From assembly GCA_048937405.1 (NCBI GenBank), contig JBHLNF010000009.1, forward strand, positions 1 to 64,000: a stretch of 64,000 nucleotides of DNA, read 5' to 3'. This document shows, piece after piece, positions 18,642 to 29,678 of the stretch. How positions within the stretch are numbered: position 1 is the first letter of the stretch; each line of letters opens with the position of its first letter. The notes beneath the pieces are model-generated. The model saw only the letters and a program-made list of their open reading frames with translations, made no database searches and had not been told where the DNA came from. The translations under genes and the position numbers were made by a program. Source of the stretch: Promethearchaeota archaeon. Lineage in GTDB: Archaea > Asgardarchaeota > Lokiarchaeia > Sigyniarchaeales > SOKP01.

Positions 18642-19910
18642 TTATTCTGATAAGACTTTAATTAACAATTCTGATATATCCATTATCATATATTTTCCTT
18701 TTTCATCAATTCCATAAGTAAGACCTAATTCACATAGAGGACATGCTGATATGAATACATTGGCACCCGTTTCTTTAAGTTCATTTACTCTATTCTGAGC
18801 TTCTTTAATTGCTAAATTTTTATCTGCCCAGTGGGTTGTACCACTCCAACCACAACAATGAACATATTCCATATTATAAGTCGGTTCAATAATTTCAAGA
18901 TCAGGTATTTGATTAAGAATAAATCTAATTGATTCAGTATCTTTTAAATTTCGTGCAATAAGACAAGGATCATGAATAGTAATTTTATTGAATTCTTTTG
19001 GAATTTCTTTTTTAATCTTAATCTTTCCATCATTAATTAGTTCTCTTAAGAATTGAACAATATGCATTATTTTTTTTTCAAATATAATTCCTAATTTTTC
19101 ATATCTATTTGATAATGTCAATATACATCCTGGACAATCTGAGATGATAATTTTTGCACCTGTTGTTTCAATAAGTTCTTTGTTTTTTAAAGCAAACTTC
19201 ATTGCGGTTTCCATTTCTCTTATATTAAATGCTGGGCCTCCACAACATACCTTATTGTCAAGATTAGTGGAAAATTTTATTCCAGCTTTCTTTAATATCT
19301 CTATATTTGCTTTTATAACTTCAGGAAATTTCATTGATTCACATCCAATATAATAAAAAACTTCGTCTTTACCATCGGTTTCTATATTTTCTATTCCTTT
19401 TTCAGTATAAGTTTGGTATATATTGTATTCTTCTATAGTATTGGTCTTGTCCAACTTATTAATCTGCTGTTTACAATAATCTGGCATCAAGTTTTTATCA
19501 TTCAAATCATCTCTAACGGTTTCTAAGAGTGATACTACTGAAAATTCAAAAGGGCACCAAATTTTACAGTTTTCCTCATTTGAACATTTGTACATCAAAT
19601 CTATGAAATCCTTGTTTTCTTTTTTCATTGGATCTATTAATCCAATCGTTAAATAATAGCCAATTCGTGCTTTATAAGCAGGACTCATGGTTTCAGTTAG
19701 AGAAGCTTGTAAAGTACCACAATCAAATCTACACATATTTGGACAAAGCATGCAATTAACTAAGTTTTTAATATCTGCTTTATAATCCCCTTCTGGAAAA
19801 AAGTTTTTATCTCGCATTCGAAAATTTTTCATAAATATCCGTTTTAAGTCTCGATCCATTTTATCAATGATTGGACCAATCCATTTATATTTCTTTAAGA
19901 TCTCACTCAT
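18642..19910 (-). CDS. Fe-S oxidoreductase with CCG domains (GlpC/HdrD-like)
   Basis: CMLCPNMCRFDC, YIGC, CCGG, DCPGC, HDPC, CCGWSG, ACPLC. Confidence 0.88.
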   Translation of the reverse strand: MSEILKKYKWIGPIIDKMDRDLKRIFMKNFRMRDKNFFPEGDYKADIKNLVNCMLCPNMCRFDCGTLQASLTETMSPAYKARIGYYLTIGLIDPMKKENKDFIDLMYKCSNEENCKIWCPFEFSVVSLLETVRDDLNDKNLMPDYCKQQINKLDKTNTIEEYNIYQTYTEKGIENIETDGKDEVFYYIGCESMKFPEVIKANIEILKKAGIKFSTNLDNKVCCGGPAFNIREMETAMKFALKNKELIETTGAKIIISDCPGCILTLSNRYEKLGIIFEKKIMHIVQFLRELINDGKIKIKKEIPKEFNKITIHDPCLIARNLKDTESIRFILNQIPDLEIIEPTYNMEYVHCCGWSGTTHWADKNLAIKEAQNRVNELKETGANVFISACPLCELGLTYGIDEKGKYMIMDISELLIKVLSE

Positions 19911-21398
19911 TTATTTTTCATCTCCGTTTTTCCAAAGACTTTCATAAATTTTCCCTGGGTTTAAAATATTATTAGGATCAAGTAAATTCTTTATATGTTT
20001 TATAGTATCAAATGATACTCCCCATTCTACTGGCATCCACTTTGACCTACTGATTCCCACACCGTGATGGTGTCCAAATGATCCGCCGCAATCTTCTACT
20101 GCTTTAATAACTGTATTCCAAACCTCTTGATAAAATTCAAGATCTGATTTTTCTTTTGGAGCAATTCCCGCAAAACTAAAATAAAATCCTACTCCATTAG
20201 GATAAAAGTGAGATACATGCGCAGTTATGAATATTAAACCTTTTATTTTTTTTGTTTCTTTTAATACAGAATGATACATATCAGCAGCATTTTCCCATAA
20301 AGACGCGATTTCAATAGTATCAAAAACTGTCTTTAATGTTGGTGATAATGAAGTTTCAGTTACTCTAAATCTAGTTTCAAACCAATGTTCCACTGGTTCT
20401 TCTCCACACGCAACACCATTATTTTTTTCACATGTATCTTTAGTAATTTTTTTTTCAAGTTCAACTAGACTTTCAATCCCCTCACAGACAAACACAACCA
20501 TGATCTTATTCTTAGCTTTTTCTATATGACTAAAATGTCTAAATGTTTCATCAGCATCATATATTCGGATAACAGCAGGGAAAATTTGTTGTCTTAATAT
20601 TTGTCTAGTTGCTTCTAAGGAATCCTCAAAAGTGGGGAAGACATAAGAAATTAGTGCTCTTGTTTCAGGATAAGGCCAAATTTTAAGTGTAGCTTTTGTA
20701 ATAATTCCTAGCGTACCTTCACATCCAATGAACAACTTATCAAATTGAGGACCAGTTGATGCTCTAGCTATAGTCTTAAATTTTATTATATCTCCTCGAG
20801 GTAAAATAACCTCCATTCCTAAAATTATGTCTTCAATCTTTCCATATTTAGTACTAAATTGTCCCGCAGCCCTATGTGCTATCCATCCTCCTAACGAAGA
20901 AATATAAAGGGATTGTGGTATATGACCTGTTGTATATCCTTTAGCATTTAAATAACGTTCTAAATTCATTCCATTAATACCAGCTTGAGCTGTAACTGTT
21001 AAGTTTTTATCATTAATTTCAAGAATTTTATTAAATTTCTTCATATCAATAATAATTCCGCCATAAACAGGTATCGCACCCCCAACAACTCCAGATCCTT
21101 CTCCATATGGTATTACTGGAATTTTCTCTTTGTCAGCTAATTTTAAAATTTCTGATATTTGTTCTACTGTTTCTGGCCAAGTAATGAAATCCGATAATCC
21201 TGCAATTTTTCCTTGAAGTGTCCAATTGAATCCAATAAGCGAAGTATCCTTGGAATATGCTAATAAATCAATTTCTTTTGAAGAAAAATTATTATTTCCA
21301 ACAATTTCTATTAGTTTAGTTTCTATGTTCTTTTTATCTTTAATATTACACCGATTTTCATTATAAATTAATTCAAATTCTTTTAAATCCATAAACAT
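19911..21398 (-). CDS. FAD-binding oxidoreductase, alkyl-DHAP synthase-like (VAO/PCMH fold)
   Basis: PYGEGSGVVGG, GHIPQSLYISSLGGWIAHRAAGQFSTKYGKIED, EGTLGIIT, HVSHFY, HHHGVG, DPNNILNPGK. Confidence 0.85.
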   Translation of the reverse strand: MFMDLKEFELIYNENRCNIKDKKNIETKLIEIVGNNNFSSKEIDLLAYSKDTSLIGFNWTLQGKIAGLSDFITWPETVEQISEILKLADKEKIPVIPYGEGSGVVGGAIPVYGGIIIDMKKFNKILEINDKNLTVTAQAGINGMNLERYLNAKGYTTGHIPQSLYISSLGGWIAHRAAGQFSTKYGKIEDIILGMEVILPRGDIIKFKTIARASTGPQFDKLFIGCEGTLGIITKATLKIWPYPETRALISYVFPTFEDSLEATRQILRQQIFPAVIRIYDADETFRHFSHIEKAKNKIMVVFVCEGIESLVELEKKITKDTCEKNNGVACGEEPVEHWFETRFRVTETSLSPTLKTVFDTIEIASLWENAADMYHSVLKETKKIKGLIFITAHVSHFYPNGVGFYFSFAGIAPKEKSDLEFYQEVWNTVIKAVEDCGGSFGHHHGVGISRSKWMPVEWGVSFDTIKHIKNLLDPNNILNPGKIYESLWKNGDEK

Positions 21399-21975
21399 CA
21401 GTAATTTTTTTTATAATAGTAAAATGATAAAGGATATTTTATAATTTTTAGCTATATTATTATAAAAAATTACTATTCACTAAAAATAGAACAGTAACAA
21501 AGGAAATTTAACTCTGAAATTCTATGAACTGTAGCCTTTTTTATTACAAAATGAAACTATGATTGAAATCTTGTATATTATTTTTATAACTTTTTAATAA
21601 TCATTAATCTTTACGCTTTTCAAGTGAATTATTTACATAATGGCAAAAAGGAACGTAATAAGTAGCTTCTGAAGAAACAAATCTATCTAGAAATTGTCTA
21701 ATTCCATCTAGAATTATTGTCTAAGTTATTGAATAATCCCTGAAAAATCATATTCCAAAATTAATTTGAAAATTTTTTCTTTAGCACTGTTTAAGGAATA
21801 TTTTCAAAAAAAATTAATAGATTTCTAATTTGAATGGAATGTTTTTTAGCTTAACGGTAATTTTCAATGACGGAGAATTACATAAATTAACTATAAAAAG
21901 AAAAAAAACTTCTTAATTATATATTAAGATACCGTTACATTCAGTAAAATATAAAAATACTTCAAAGTACAAAAT

Positions 21976-23394
21976 ATGACAACTTCGATCTTTGGAACTT
22001 CTGGTATTAGAAGAGTATTTCAAAATTATTCTGAATCAGATCTAATGTTTACACCCGTTATGAGTCTTAAGGTAGGATTAGCATTAGGGACTTATTTAAA
22101 AGGAGGTACGGTAGTCATTGGGAAGGATATTCGTACTTCAGCATTACCAATAGAATATGCTTTAATTTCTGGACTTGTGAGTTGTGGATGCCATGTTAAG
22201 ACTTTGGGAATTGTAACTACTCCTACATTAGCAGCATCTTTGAAATATTTAGACGCAGAAGCAGGAGTGGTTATTACCGCATCACACAATACACCAGAGT
22301 ATTGTGGACTAAAATTATGGAATCCCTCTGGTATTGGATTTTCACCTGAACAAGAATTGGAAATTTCCCGCATCTATGACGAGAAAGACTTTATTAAAAT
22401 TAATTATGATCAAGTTGGAAAAGTCACCCAAATCAATGATATAAATGATGTTCATATTTCTGAAATAATAAGTCAAATTAAATTTGATGGAACTAACCTT
22501 AATGCTATTGTGGATCCTGGAAATGGTTCAGGATGCGAAATTGTTCCACATCTTTTGAGTAAATATAATATAAATGTTACAACATTAAATTCCCAAATGG
22601 ATGGAAACTTTCCTGGAAGGCACTCGGAACCAAATAAGCAGAATCTTATGAAACTTTCTAAATTTTTAAAAATATCCAAAGAAGAAGATATTGGGATTGC
22701 CCTTGATGGCGATGCTGATAGAGTAATTTTTTTAGATGAAAATGGAGAAATCGTGGAACCAATTCGTTTATTAGCGCTAATGGCAAAATTTTATATTAAG
22801 GAAAACGATTTGTCAAATGAGAAATTAAAAGTTGCTACTCCGATTAATTCTTCCAGTTTAATTGATGATGTACTAAATCCCCTTGGATGTGAGATTATAA
22901 GAACAGAAGTAGGAGATATAAAAGTAGCAATAGCCTTACGAGAGAAGGGAGGCTTTTTAGGAGGTGAAACTTCTGGTACATATATATGGCCTCATTATCA
23001 TTTTGGACCCGATTCAATATATACTATAGCTTTTGTCTTACGAATGATCATTAAATCTGGAAAAACACTAAAAGAATTATTAAAGAGTATTCCTCAGTAT
23101 CCATATTATGCAAAAAAATTTAAACTAACTAAAGATATTCCATTTTCAGATGCAATCCATCAGCAAATTATCTCTGAAATGCAAGATTCTTTTGATGACT
23201 TAGGAAAAAAAATTGATAATATTAATCAGCTAGATGGATGTAGATTTGAATATAAAGATGGTTGGATTTTAATTAGGCGTTCTGGAACAAGCCCATATTT
23301 GAGAATATCTGGAGAATCTACAATAGATATTAATAATTCCATTGAAATGAATAATATTGCGATGAAAAAGATGCAGAAATTAAATTTAATATAA
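21976..23394 (+). CDS. glmM: Phosphoglucosamine mutase / phosphohexomutase
   Basis: FGTSGIR, TASHN, DGDADR, GGETSG, RRSGT; adjacent to glmS. Confidence 0.85.
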   Translation: MTTSIFGTSGIRRVFQNYSESDLMFTPVMSLKVGLALGTYLKGGTVVIGKDIRTSALPIEYALISGLVSCGCHVKTLGIVTTPTLAASLKYLDAEAGVVITASHNTPEYCGLKLWNPSGIGFSPEQELEISRIYDEKDFIKINYDQVGKVTQINDINDVHISEIISQIKFDGTNLNAIVDPGNGSGCEIVPHLLSKYNINVTTLNSQMDGNFPGRHSEPNKQNLMKLSKFLKISKEEDIGIALDGDADRVIFLDENGEIVEPIRLLALMAKFYIKENDLSNEKLKVATPINSSSLIDDVLNPLGCEIIRTEVGDIKVAIALREKGGFLGGETSGTYIWPHYHFGPDSIYTIAFVLRMIIKSGKTLKELLKSIPQYPYYAKKFKLTKDIPFSDAIHQQIISEMQDSFDDLGKKIDNINQLDGCRFEYKDGWILIRRSGTSPYLRISGESTIDINNSIEMNNIAMKKMQKLNLI

Positions 23395-23455
23395 AAAGAA
23401 TAGATTATAATTTTTTAAAATATAGTTATTAAAATAGCTTTTTTATGATATAGAG

Positions 23456-25309
23456 ATGTGTGGTATATTTGGCATAATTACAAATCAAGATATAAACATT
23501 GGAAAAGTAGCTCTCGAAAGTATTAAAAGACTGGAATATAGAGGTTATGATTCTTGTGGTATCGTATCTCAATATAATAACAAATTATTTATGAAAAAAG
23601 ATGCGGGCAAAATTGATGAAATAAATAAATATTTAAAATTAGATGAGTTTCCAAATGGTTCTAAACTAGCTTTAGCTCACACAAGATGGGCAACTCATGG
23701 ACCTCCTACTAAAATAAATAGTCACCCCCACTTGGATTGTAATGATAAAATTGCAGTTATTCATAATGGTATTCTTGAAAACTTTATGGAACTTAAAGAA
23801 GAATTAATTTCTAAAGGACATATTTTCAAGTCTGAAACCGATACCGAAATTATCCCACATTTAATTGAAGAATTTATGAAAACGAAAGCTGATTTTAAAG
23901 AAGCTGTTATTTCTGCATTAAAAAAGTGCGAAGGAGCATATGGATTAGCAATTTGTCATTCTGATTATCCTGATACCTTAATTGTTGGTCGTAAAGAATC
24001 ACCCCTTATAGTAGGAATTGAAGAAGGAAAAACAACATATTGTGCTTCAGATATTCCCGCATTTCTTCCATATACAAAACGCTGTTACATTTTAGAAGAT
24101 GATGAAATAGCAGTTTTAAAGGCTGGTACAGCAGAATTTTTTAATATCAATAATAGTAATCTTCCTAAGCAGAAAAAAATTCAAGAAATTAGTTGGGATA
24201 TTGAAGCTGCGGAGAAAGGGGGTTATGAACATTTTATGTTAAAAGAAATTTATGAAGAACCCATTGCTTTAAGAAGAACTATGAAAATTTCTCCCGATTC
24301 TATAAAGAAATTTGTTGAACCATTATTATCAGCTGACCAAATTTATATTACAGCAGCAGGAACATCCTTTTATGCATCATTAGCAGGAAAATTTATAATC
24401 ACAAAATTTTTAGATAAATATATTGAAGCAATAGAATGTTCTGAGTTTAAAACACAGCTAGGTAATTCTCTTGAGGATAATTCTGTAATCATTGCTGTAT
24501 CTCAATCTGGTGAAACTATTGATCTAATTGAACCAATTCGTTGGGCTAAAGAATATAAACCAAGTGTCAAGATATTATCAATCACTAATATCATTGAATC
24601 GAGTCTTACAAGACATTCCGATAGAGTATTAGTAACACAGGCAGGACCAGAGATCGGTGTAGCAGCAACAAAAACATTCGTAACCCAGATTTTAACTCTC
24701 GCTTTAATCGCCTTGGAAATAGGTAAGATAAAAAAAAAATATTCTGCTGAAGAACTCCAAAAATATTATGACGCCCTTTATTCTGTACCTGATATAATAG
24801 AAAATTTTCTTGAGCGGAATGTAGATATATTAAAATACCTTGCTAGTGATCTAGAAATGAATTTGAACTTTTTCTTTCTAGCAAGAGGAATATCGATAGC
24901 AACTGCAAAAGAAGGAGGCTTGAAATTAAAGGAAGTTGCATGTCGTTTTATTGAAGGATATTCTGCAGCTCATGCAAAACACGGACCGATATCATTAGTA
25001 AGAGATGGATATCCTATTATATTTATAGCACCTCCAGATGATACATATGAACGATTAATAGGAAATGTAATGGAATTTAAAGCTCGAGGAGGTAAAATTA
25101 TTTCGTTAGTTGTCGATAGTGATAAAAAAATTACTAATTTGAGTGACATTACAATTCGAATTCCACAACCAGGGGATATATATCATAATCTCTTTAGTCC
25201 CATTACATTTATTCCTGCATTACAGTTATTAGCATATTTTGCTGCTCTAGAACATAATTTAAATCCAGATAAACCACTTAATCTTGCAAAGACTGTTACA
25301 GTTCATTAA
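23456..25309 (+). CDS. glmS: Glutamine-fructose-6-phosphate transaminase
   Basis: MCGIFG, LEYRGYDS, HTRWATHG, SQSGET, VAATKT, NLAKTVTV. Confidence 0.97.
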   Translation: MCGIFGIITNQDINIGKVALESIKRLEYRGYDSCGIVSQYNNKLFMKKDAGKIDEINKYLKLDEFPNGSKLALAHTRWATHGPPTKINSHPHLDCNDKIAVIHNGILENFMELKEELISKGHIFKSETDTEIIPHLIEEFMKTKADFKEAVISALKKCEGAYGLAICHSDYPDTLIVGRKESPLIVGIEEGKTTYCASDIPAFLPYTKRCYILEDDEIAVLKAGTAEFFNINNSNLPKQKKIQEISWDIEAAEKGGYEHFMLKEIYEEPIALRRTMKISPDSIKKFVEPLLSADQIYITAAGTSFYASLAGKFIITKFLDKYIEAIECSEFKTQLGNSLEDNSVIIAVSQSGETIDLIEPIRWAKEYKPSVKILSITNIIESSLTRHSDRVLVTQAGPEIGVAATKTFVTQILTLALIALEIGKIKKKYSAEELQKYYDALYSVPDIIENFLERNVDILKYLASDLEMNLNFFFLARGISIATAKEGGLKLKEVACRFIEGYSAAHAKHGPISLVRDGYPIIFIAPPDDTYERLIGNVMEFKARGGKIISLVVDSDKKITNLSDITIRIPQPGDIYHNLFSPITFIPALQLLAYFAALEHNLNPDKPLNLAKTVTVH

Positions 25310-25331
25310 AATATTTTGAAGCAAAACCTGT

Positions 25332-26825
25332 TTAATTGCTTTCTTTTTTGATATCAAAAATATGGCCTCTCCACGCATTTAATTCTACATAGAGGCCATA
25401 TCTATACAAATCATTACTATTATAAATATATGATTTCTGTTGAAGTAAATCAGTAAATATCAATCGATTTGTATCGAAATGAAAGGGTCTTATTTTTATA
25501 TGCGCTTTTGAACGATGTGGACTGAAATTGACCACTATTAATCGATATTCATCATTAGTCCACCATAAATAAGAAATAATATCATTAAATGAAAGATCAT
25601 TTGATTTTACTAATGTAGATTCACAAAGTGACCAACTGCCTTCACTATATTCTCTTCCAGGAATTGATTTTAATAAATTTTGATAAAACCCTATAATATC
25701 ATTATCACTTTCTTCAAAAGGTCTTCTTCCTAATTGAACGGGCAACCTTATCTTATTTCCATAAGTTTGGCCCTCATATACTAATCTTGCTCCCGGTAAA
25801 GTAAGAGTTATCATAGCAGCTGCTTTTGATTTTTCAAATCCAAATTTTTCTATAGCTCTTAATTCATCGTGGTTTTCAATAAAACGTACTAACTTACTTT
25901 GATATCCCCATTCTGCTTTGAGATGTTCCTTAATTGTATTAGCATTTTCATGAGCTAATCTATCATATAATCGTTTATCATAGCAGAAATCAAACCCTTG
26001 TTGTTGAAGATCCCATTCCATATTCCAATATACTTCTGCTATGAATATAAAATTTGGATATTTTTTTTTCACTGTGGGAATGATTTCTTCCCAAAATTCT
26101 TTATCTGGAGATGAACCCACTTTTTCACCCCAAGTTTTACTAAACACACTGTTTGTCATCAACATTGCCATATCACATCTAACTCCATCACAGAATTCAG
26201 CAATGGTTAACAGAGTATTTATTGTTTTTTGCCGAGATTTTTCTGAAAATGCATTTATTTGTATAGTATCAGTCCAAGGAGGAAAATTTGGGTCGCGTCC
26301 GTAAGCGAATACCTTCTCTCCAATACTGAAAAAATCATATGGATGGGACATTAATTCATCAATAGTACCCTCAATAAACAGATCTGAATCAAATGTCCAT
26401 AACGAGTCAATTGAAACGTGATTGGGAACATAATCCAATATTAATTTAATATTTTTTTCTGCTAATCTCTTTCTAAAATTCTTTAATCCTTCGATTCCAC
26501 CAAGATTATTATCAACGTGATAATAATAAATGGAATATGGAGATCCTACAATATCCTCATCTTTAAAATCATGTAAAGCTTTATGGTACTCTTTTTGAAG
26601 ATCTTTATCTTCAGTAGCAATTTTTTTACTAGCTGGACTTCTTTCCCAAACGCCCATTAACCATATAGCATCAAAATATTTGATTTCCTGATTAAAAACC
26701 TCATCTGGGATATTCCCTAATGAAATTGGATTATTATAGACCTCAGATATGTAATTAAGCCAAGACCAAGTATTAATTTCATAGATTTTAGGATTTTTTA
26801 TCCATTCCGACTGTTGATTTGTCAT
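25332..26825 (-). CDS. GH13 alpha-amylase family protein
   Basis: LDYVPNH, DGVRCDMA, AEVY, FIENHDE. Confidence 0.9.
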   Translation of the reverse strand: MTNQQSEWIKNPKIYEINTWSWLNYISEVYNNPISLGNIPDEVFNQEIKYFDAIWLMGVWERSPASKKIATEDKDLQKEYHKALHDFKDEDIVGSPYSIYYYHVDNNLGGIEGLKNFRKRLAEKNIKLILDYVPNHVSIDSLWTFDSDLFIEGTIDELMSHPYDFFSIGEKVFAYGRDPNFPPWTDTIQINAFSEKSRQKTINTLLTIAEFCDGVRCDMAMLMTNSVFSKTWGEKVGSSPDKEFWEEIIPTVKKKYPNFIFIAEVYWNMEWDLQQQGFDFCYDKRLYDRLAHENANTIKEHLKAEWGYQSKLVRFIENHDELRAIEKFGFEKSKAAAMITLTLPGARLVYEGQTYGNKIRLPVQLGRRPFEESDNDIIGFYQNLLKSIPGREYSEGSWSLCESTLVKSNDLSFNDIISYLWWTNDEYRLIVVNFSPHRSKAHIKIRPFHFDTNRLIFTDLLQQKSYIYNSNDLYRYGLYVELNAWRGHIFDIKKESN

Positions 26826-26957
26826 TTTAATATCTCACTTAGAATATTTAAAATATTATAAAGAGGTATTAGTAGATTTGTTTATTTATATACATATATA
26901 TAAATTTATTTATAATCATAATTATAATAGAAAAAATAATATATTTTTTGGTAAAAA

Positions 26958-27530
26958 ATGAGTGAAGAAAAAGAAGCTCTACGGAAATTAATAATGCTTA
27001 TTTCGGACCTTCGGGCTAAAGATGAGGAACGTTATGAAGCACATGTCAATTTTATGAACGAAACAATTAAAATGATCAGTGCCATCGAATCTCAAATGAA
27101 TAAACATTGGAATACTGTCTTAGATTCCTTAAAGGAATTAAACGACAGTATTGCTGCCAATTTAGATTCATTATTGACTGGGATTAATCCAAAAGGATTA
27201 AGAGAAACATCGAAATCCTTAAAAGAAATAATGGATACAATGAACAAAAGCGTACAAACAATGAATTTAGAAAAAGTCTTGAGTGAATTAAAAGTATTAA
27301 AAGCAGGAGGAATTACATATGTACCAGCTGCAACTGTGGCAGTAGGACAACAACCAGAAGCAATATCTGCGGATATTAATTTAAACCCAACTGGATTAAA
27401 AGGATCTGGAGGAGCAAAAGTAAAGGCATCAACTGGGGAACCAGAATGGGTAGATCCCCATGAAAAGGCAAAAAAGGAGAAAGAAGAGGATCAACACTTA
27501 CTCAGGCCATCTGACTTTTTTGGGACGTAA
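26958..27530 (+). CDS. Hypothetical coiled-coil protein
   Basis: Long helical N-terminal half, low-complexity C-terminus. Confidence 0.65.
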   Translation: MSEEKEALRKLIMLISDLRAKDEERYEAHVNFMNETIKMISAIESQMNKHWNTVLDSLKELNDSIAANLDSLLTGINPKGLRETSKSLKEIMDTMNKSVQTMNLEKVLSELKVLKAGGITYVPAATVAVGQQPEAISADINLNPTGLKGSGGAKVKASTGEPEWVDPHEKAKKEKEEDQHLLRPSDFFGT

Positions 27531-27540
27531 TTCTCTAATT

Positions 27541-28896
27541 TCAACCATATAATTCCATAAAAGAACTTAATTTATCTTTAGTTTGTTCCATATTCATACC
27601 AATCTTTTTAAATTTAATACTTATCGAAGGTATTCTAAGATCCGTTCTAATTTTATTTTTCATTAAATCATAGCATTTAGAATTTATTTGACATTCATCA
27701 AGTTGATTTAATATGAGCCCATCAACTTTTGTTTTTTTTACATAATCTCGGTAAGAATTGATCAATTGATCGCAATTATCTAAACAAAATAAACCTTTAT
27801 GTGAACTACTCAGAAGAAATCGAGCATATTCCTCAATTGGATCAGAATTCTTTGATACAGAAATTTCATTTAATAATCCAAGTGCATCCCAATCTGAATA
27901 AAGAACTCTCCCTCCTAAATCGTGTATAATTTCTTGAGCTTCTGGTTCCCACCCATTGAAAATTGGAGTTAATAAAATTCTTGGCCTATTAGAAACATCC
28001 ATCCCTACTCCTTTTTGAATACGTATTTTCATTTCATTTACCAATTGACTGATGTTTTCTAAATATCTTTGAGCATTGGAGTTATAATCCTGGAATGAAA
28101 TTGTTAATAACGCCAAGATTTCTGCGAAGGTTGCAGAATTGCATGGATAAAAATCTGACTTACCAATATCATATAATATTATTTTATAATATCGTTTAAC
28201 TTGATTACCAATACGAAATTGTTTTTTTAAACTATTATCAGTAATCATATTACCCGTAATAGATTCTAATTCTTGAATTGCTTTATTCAAGTTATTAATC
28301 ATAATTTCTAAAGTTACACTCTCATTTTGTTGATCACTTGGAGGAATTTCTACCCATATTTGATTTGGAATAATATCATTTAGGGATTTTAAATAATCAT
28401 TGTATTGCTTACATCTTAGAGTAAAATTTAATGCAGAATCACAATTATTTGATTCTGAAATATGCATTCCATACAGAGATTTGGCACCAAAACAAAAATC
28501 TGGTGAAACATTCTTTTGAATAGCTGAATCATACAATTTATTATATCTTGTATTGATGGTGCTAATAACGTCATTTAAAACATTGTCCACAATTTTTAAA
28601 AAATCTATTTGTCTAGCAATTCCTAATAATTTTGTTGTAATATTCCAACCAAATAGACTTGTTGCTGAGTTTAAAGCTAGCAAATATAAATTGAGCTTAA
28701 ACTTTTCCATTCGAATTGGAAAAACAGGTATAGAATCTGCTGCAAATACAAGATCAGGAAAACCTGATGCTACAGAGATTAAAGTTTTACGTTCTTTTGA
28801 TTTCTTTTTTTGGAAATAATCTCTACCAGTTAAGAAATTGTATGCAATTTTTAAAACTGAAGTAAAGTTTATAACATCATCGGCATAGATACTCAT
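27541..28896 (-). CDS. 2-hydroxyacyl-CoA dehydratase family subunit, paralog of 52924-54282
   Basis: Shares IAxNxLTGRDY, DFCxGxKSLYGMH, SDFYPCNxATFxEIL, SFQDYNSNA and GWEP with 52924-54282. Confidence 0.75.
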   Translation of the reverse strand: MSIYADDVINFTSVLKIAYNFLTGRDYFQKKKSKERKTLISVASGFPDLVFAADSIPVFPIRMEKFKLNLYLLALNSATSLFGWNITTKLLGIARQIDFLKIVDNVLNDVISTINTRYNKLYDSAIQKNVSPDFCFGAKSLYGMHISESNNCDSALNFTLRCKQYNDYLKSLNDIIPNQIWVEIPPSDQQNESVTLEIMINNLNKAIQELESITGNMITDNSLKKQFRIGNQVKRYYKIILYDIGKSDFYPCNSATFAEILALLTISFQDYNSNAQRYLENISQLVNEMKIRIQKGVGMDVSNRPRILLTPIFNGWEPEAQEIIHDLGGRVLYSDWDALGLLNEISVSKNSDPIEEYARFLLSSSHKGLFCLDNCDQLINSYRDYVKKTKVDGLILNQLDECQINSKCYDLMKNKIRTDLRIPSISIKFKKIGMNMEQTKDKLSSFMELYG

Positions 28897-29240
28897 TTTA
28901 CAAGAGCTATAATGAATTAATAATTTATTTTTGAAACTGAAGTATTACAATTTAAATTAAATCATAAATTTTAATAAAATTTATGAGAACTTATTAATCC
29001 AACAGAAAAATTTTCAAGAAAAATATCAATTTGTCAAATTCGTTATTCTCATGGGATATACTTGAATTTCCAATAAACGGAAAGAAAAAAAATTAACGAT
29101 TGAAGATTTAAGAAAGAAAAGAATAATTTTCAAATTACTTAGTAAAAATAAAAATATCAAAATTTTAATTTGTAATTCTTATAATGTAAAATTCCCATTT
29201 TCGGATGAAATAAAAGGAATATCATTTATTTAAATATATA

Positions 29241-29678
29241 CTATAAGTTTCTAATTTCAGCAACTTCTATAATTCTCTCAATGACATCTTCGAGTTCCTC
29301 TTCGTTAATTTCTTCAATTTCATCATGAAATTCTGCGTCTTCCTCTTTTTTAATTATTTCATCGATATCAGAGAAACTATCAATCCTTTCTTGAAATGTT
29401 ACTTCACCATGATTACTAACTATGTAGATTGCAAATCCAATAAAACTAGTTAATATAATTAAGAAAAACATAAAATTGCTTTTTAGATTTCTCTTTTTTA
29501 AATCCATTTTTACCCAGTATGCCATGATTAATCCACAGGTGAACCAGATCAGAAGAAAAACAATGGTGACAATAAGATCGGCTGAAAGTGTTCCACTGTT
29601 CTGTTGTGTATAAGATTCAAATGATGATGTATATTCATGGAGTACTATTCCATCTAATAAAATTGTTATATTTGTCAC
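29241..29678 (-). CDS. Hypothetical 2-TM protein with acidic tail (start uncertain)
   Basis: Two TM helices with WVxxDxKKR linker; the annotated GTG lies inside an AGAGGTGA SD-like site. Confidence 0.6.
   Translation of the reverse strand: MTNITILLDGIVLHEYTSSFESYTQQNSGTLSADLIVTIVFLLIWFTCGLIMAYWVKMDLKKRNLKSNFMFFLIILTSFIGFAIYIVSNHGEVTFQERIDSFSDIDEIIKKEEDAEFHDEIEEINEEELEDVIERIIEVAEIRNL

Noticed and set aside
21590-21730. Direct repeat ATCTAGAA(TT)ATTGTCTAA x2 and a short minus-strand frame upstream of glmM
   Set aside because: Only two imperfect copies in AT-rich DNA; no start or recognisable homology; no glmS-ribozyme-like structure seen
28980-29160. Possible pseudogene fragment in the intergenic region
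   Set aside because: Multiple stops and no recognisable family
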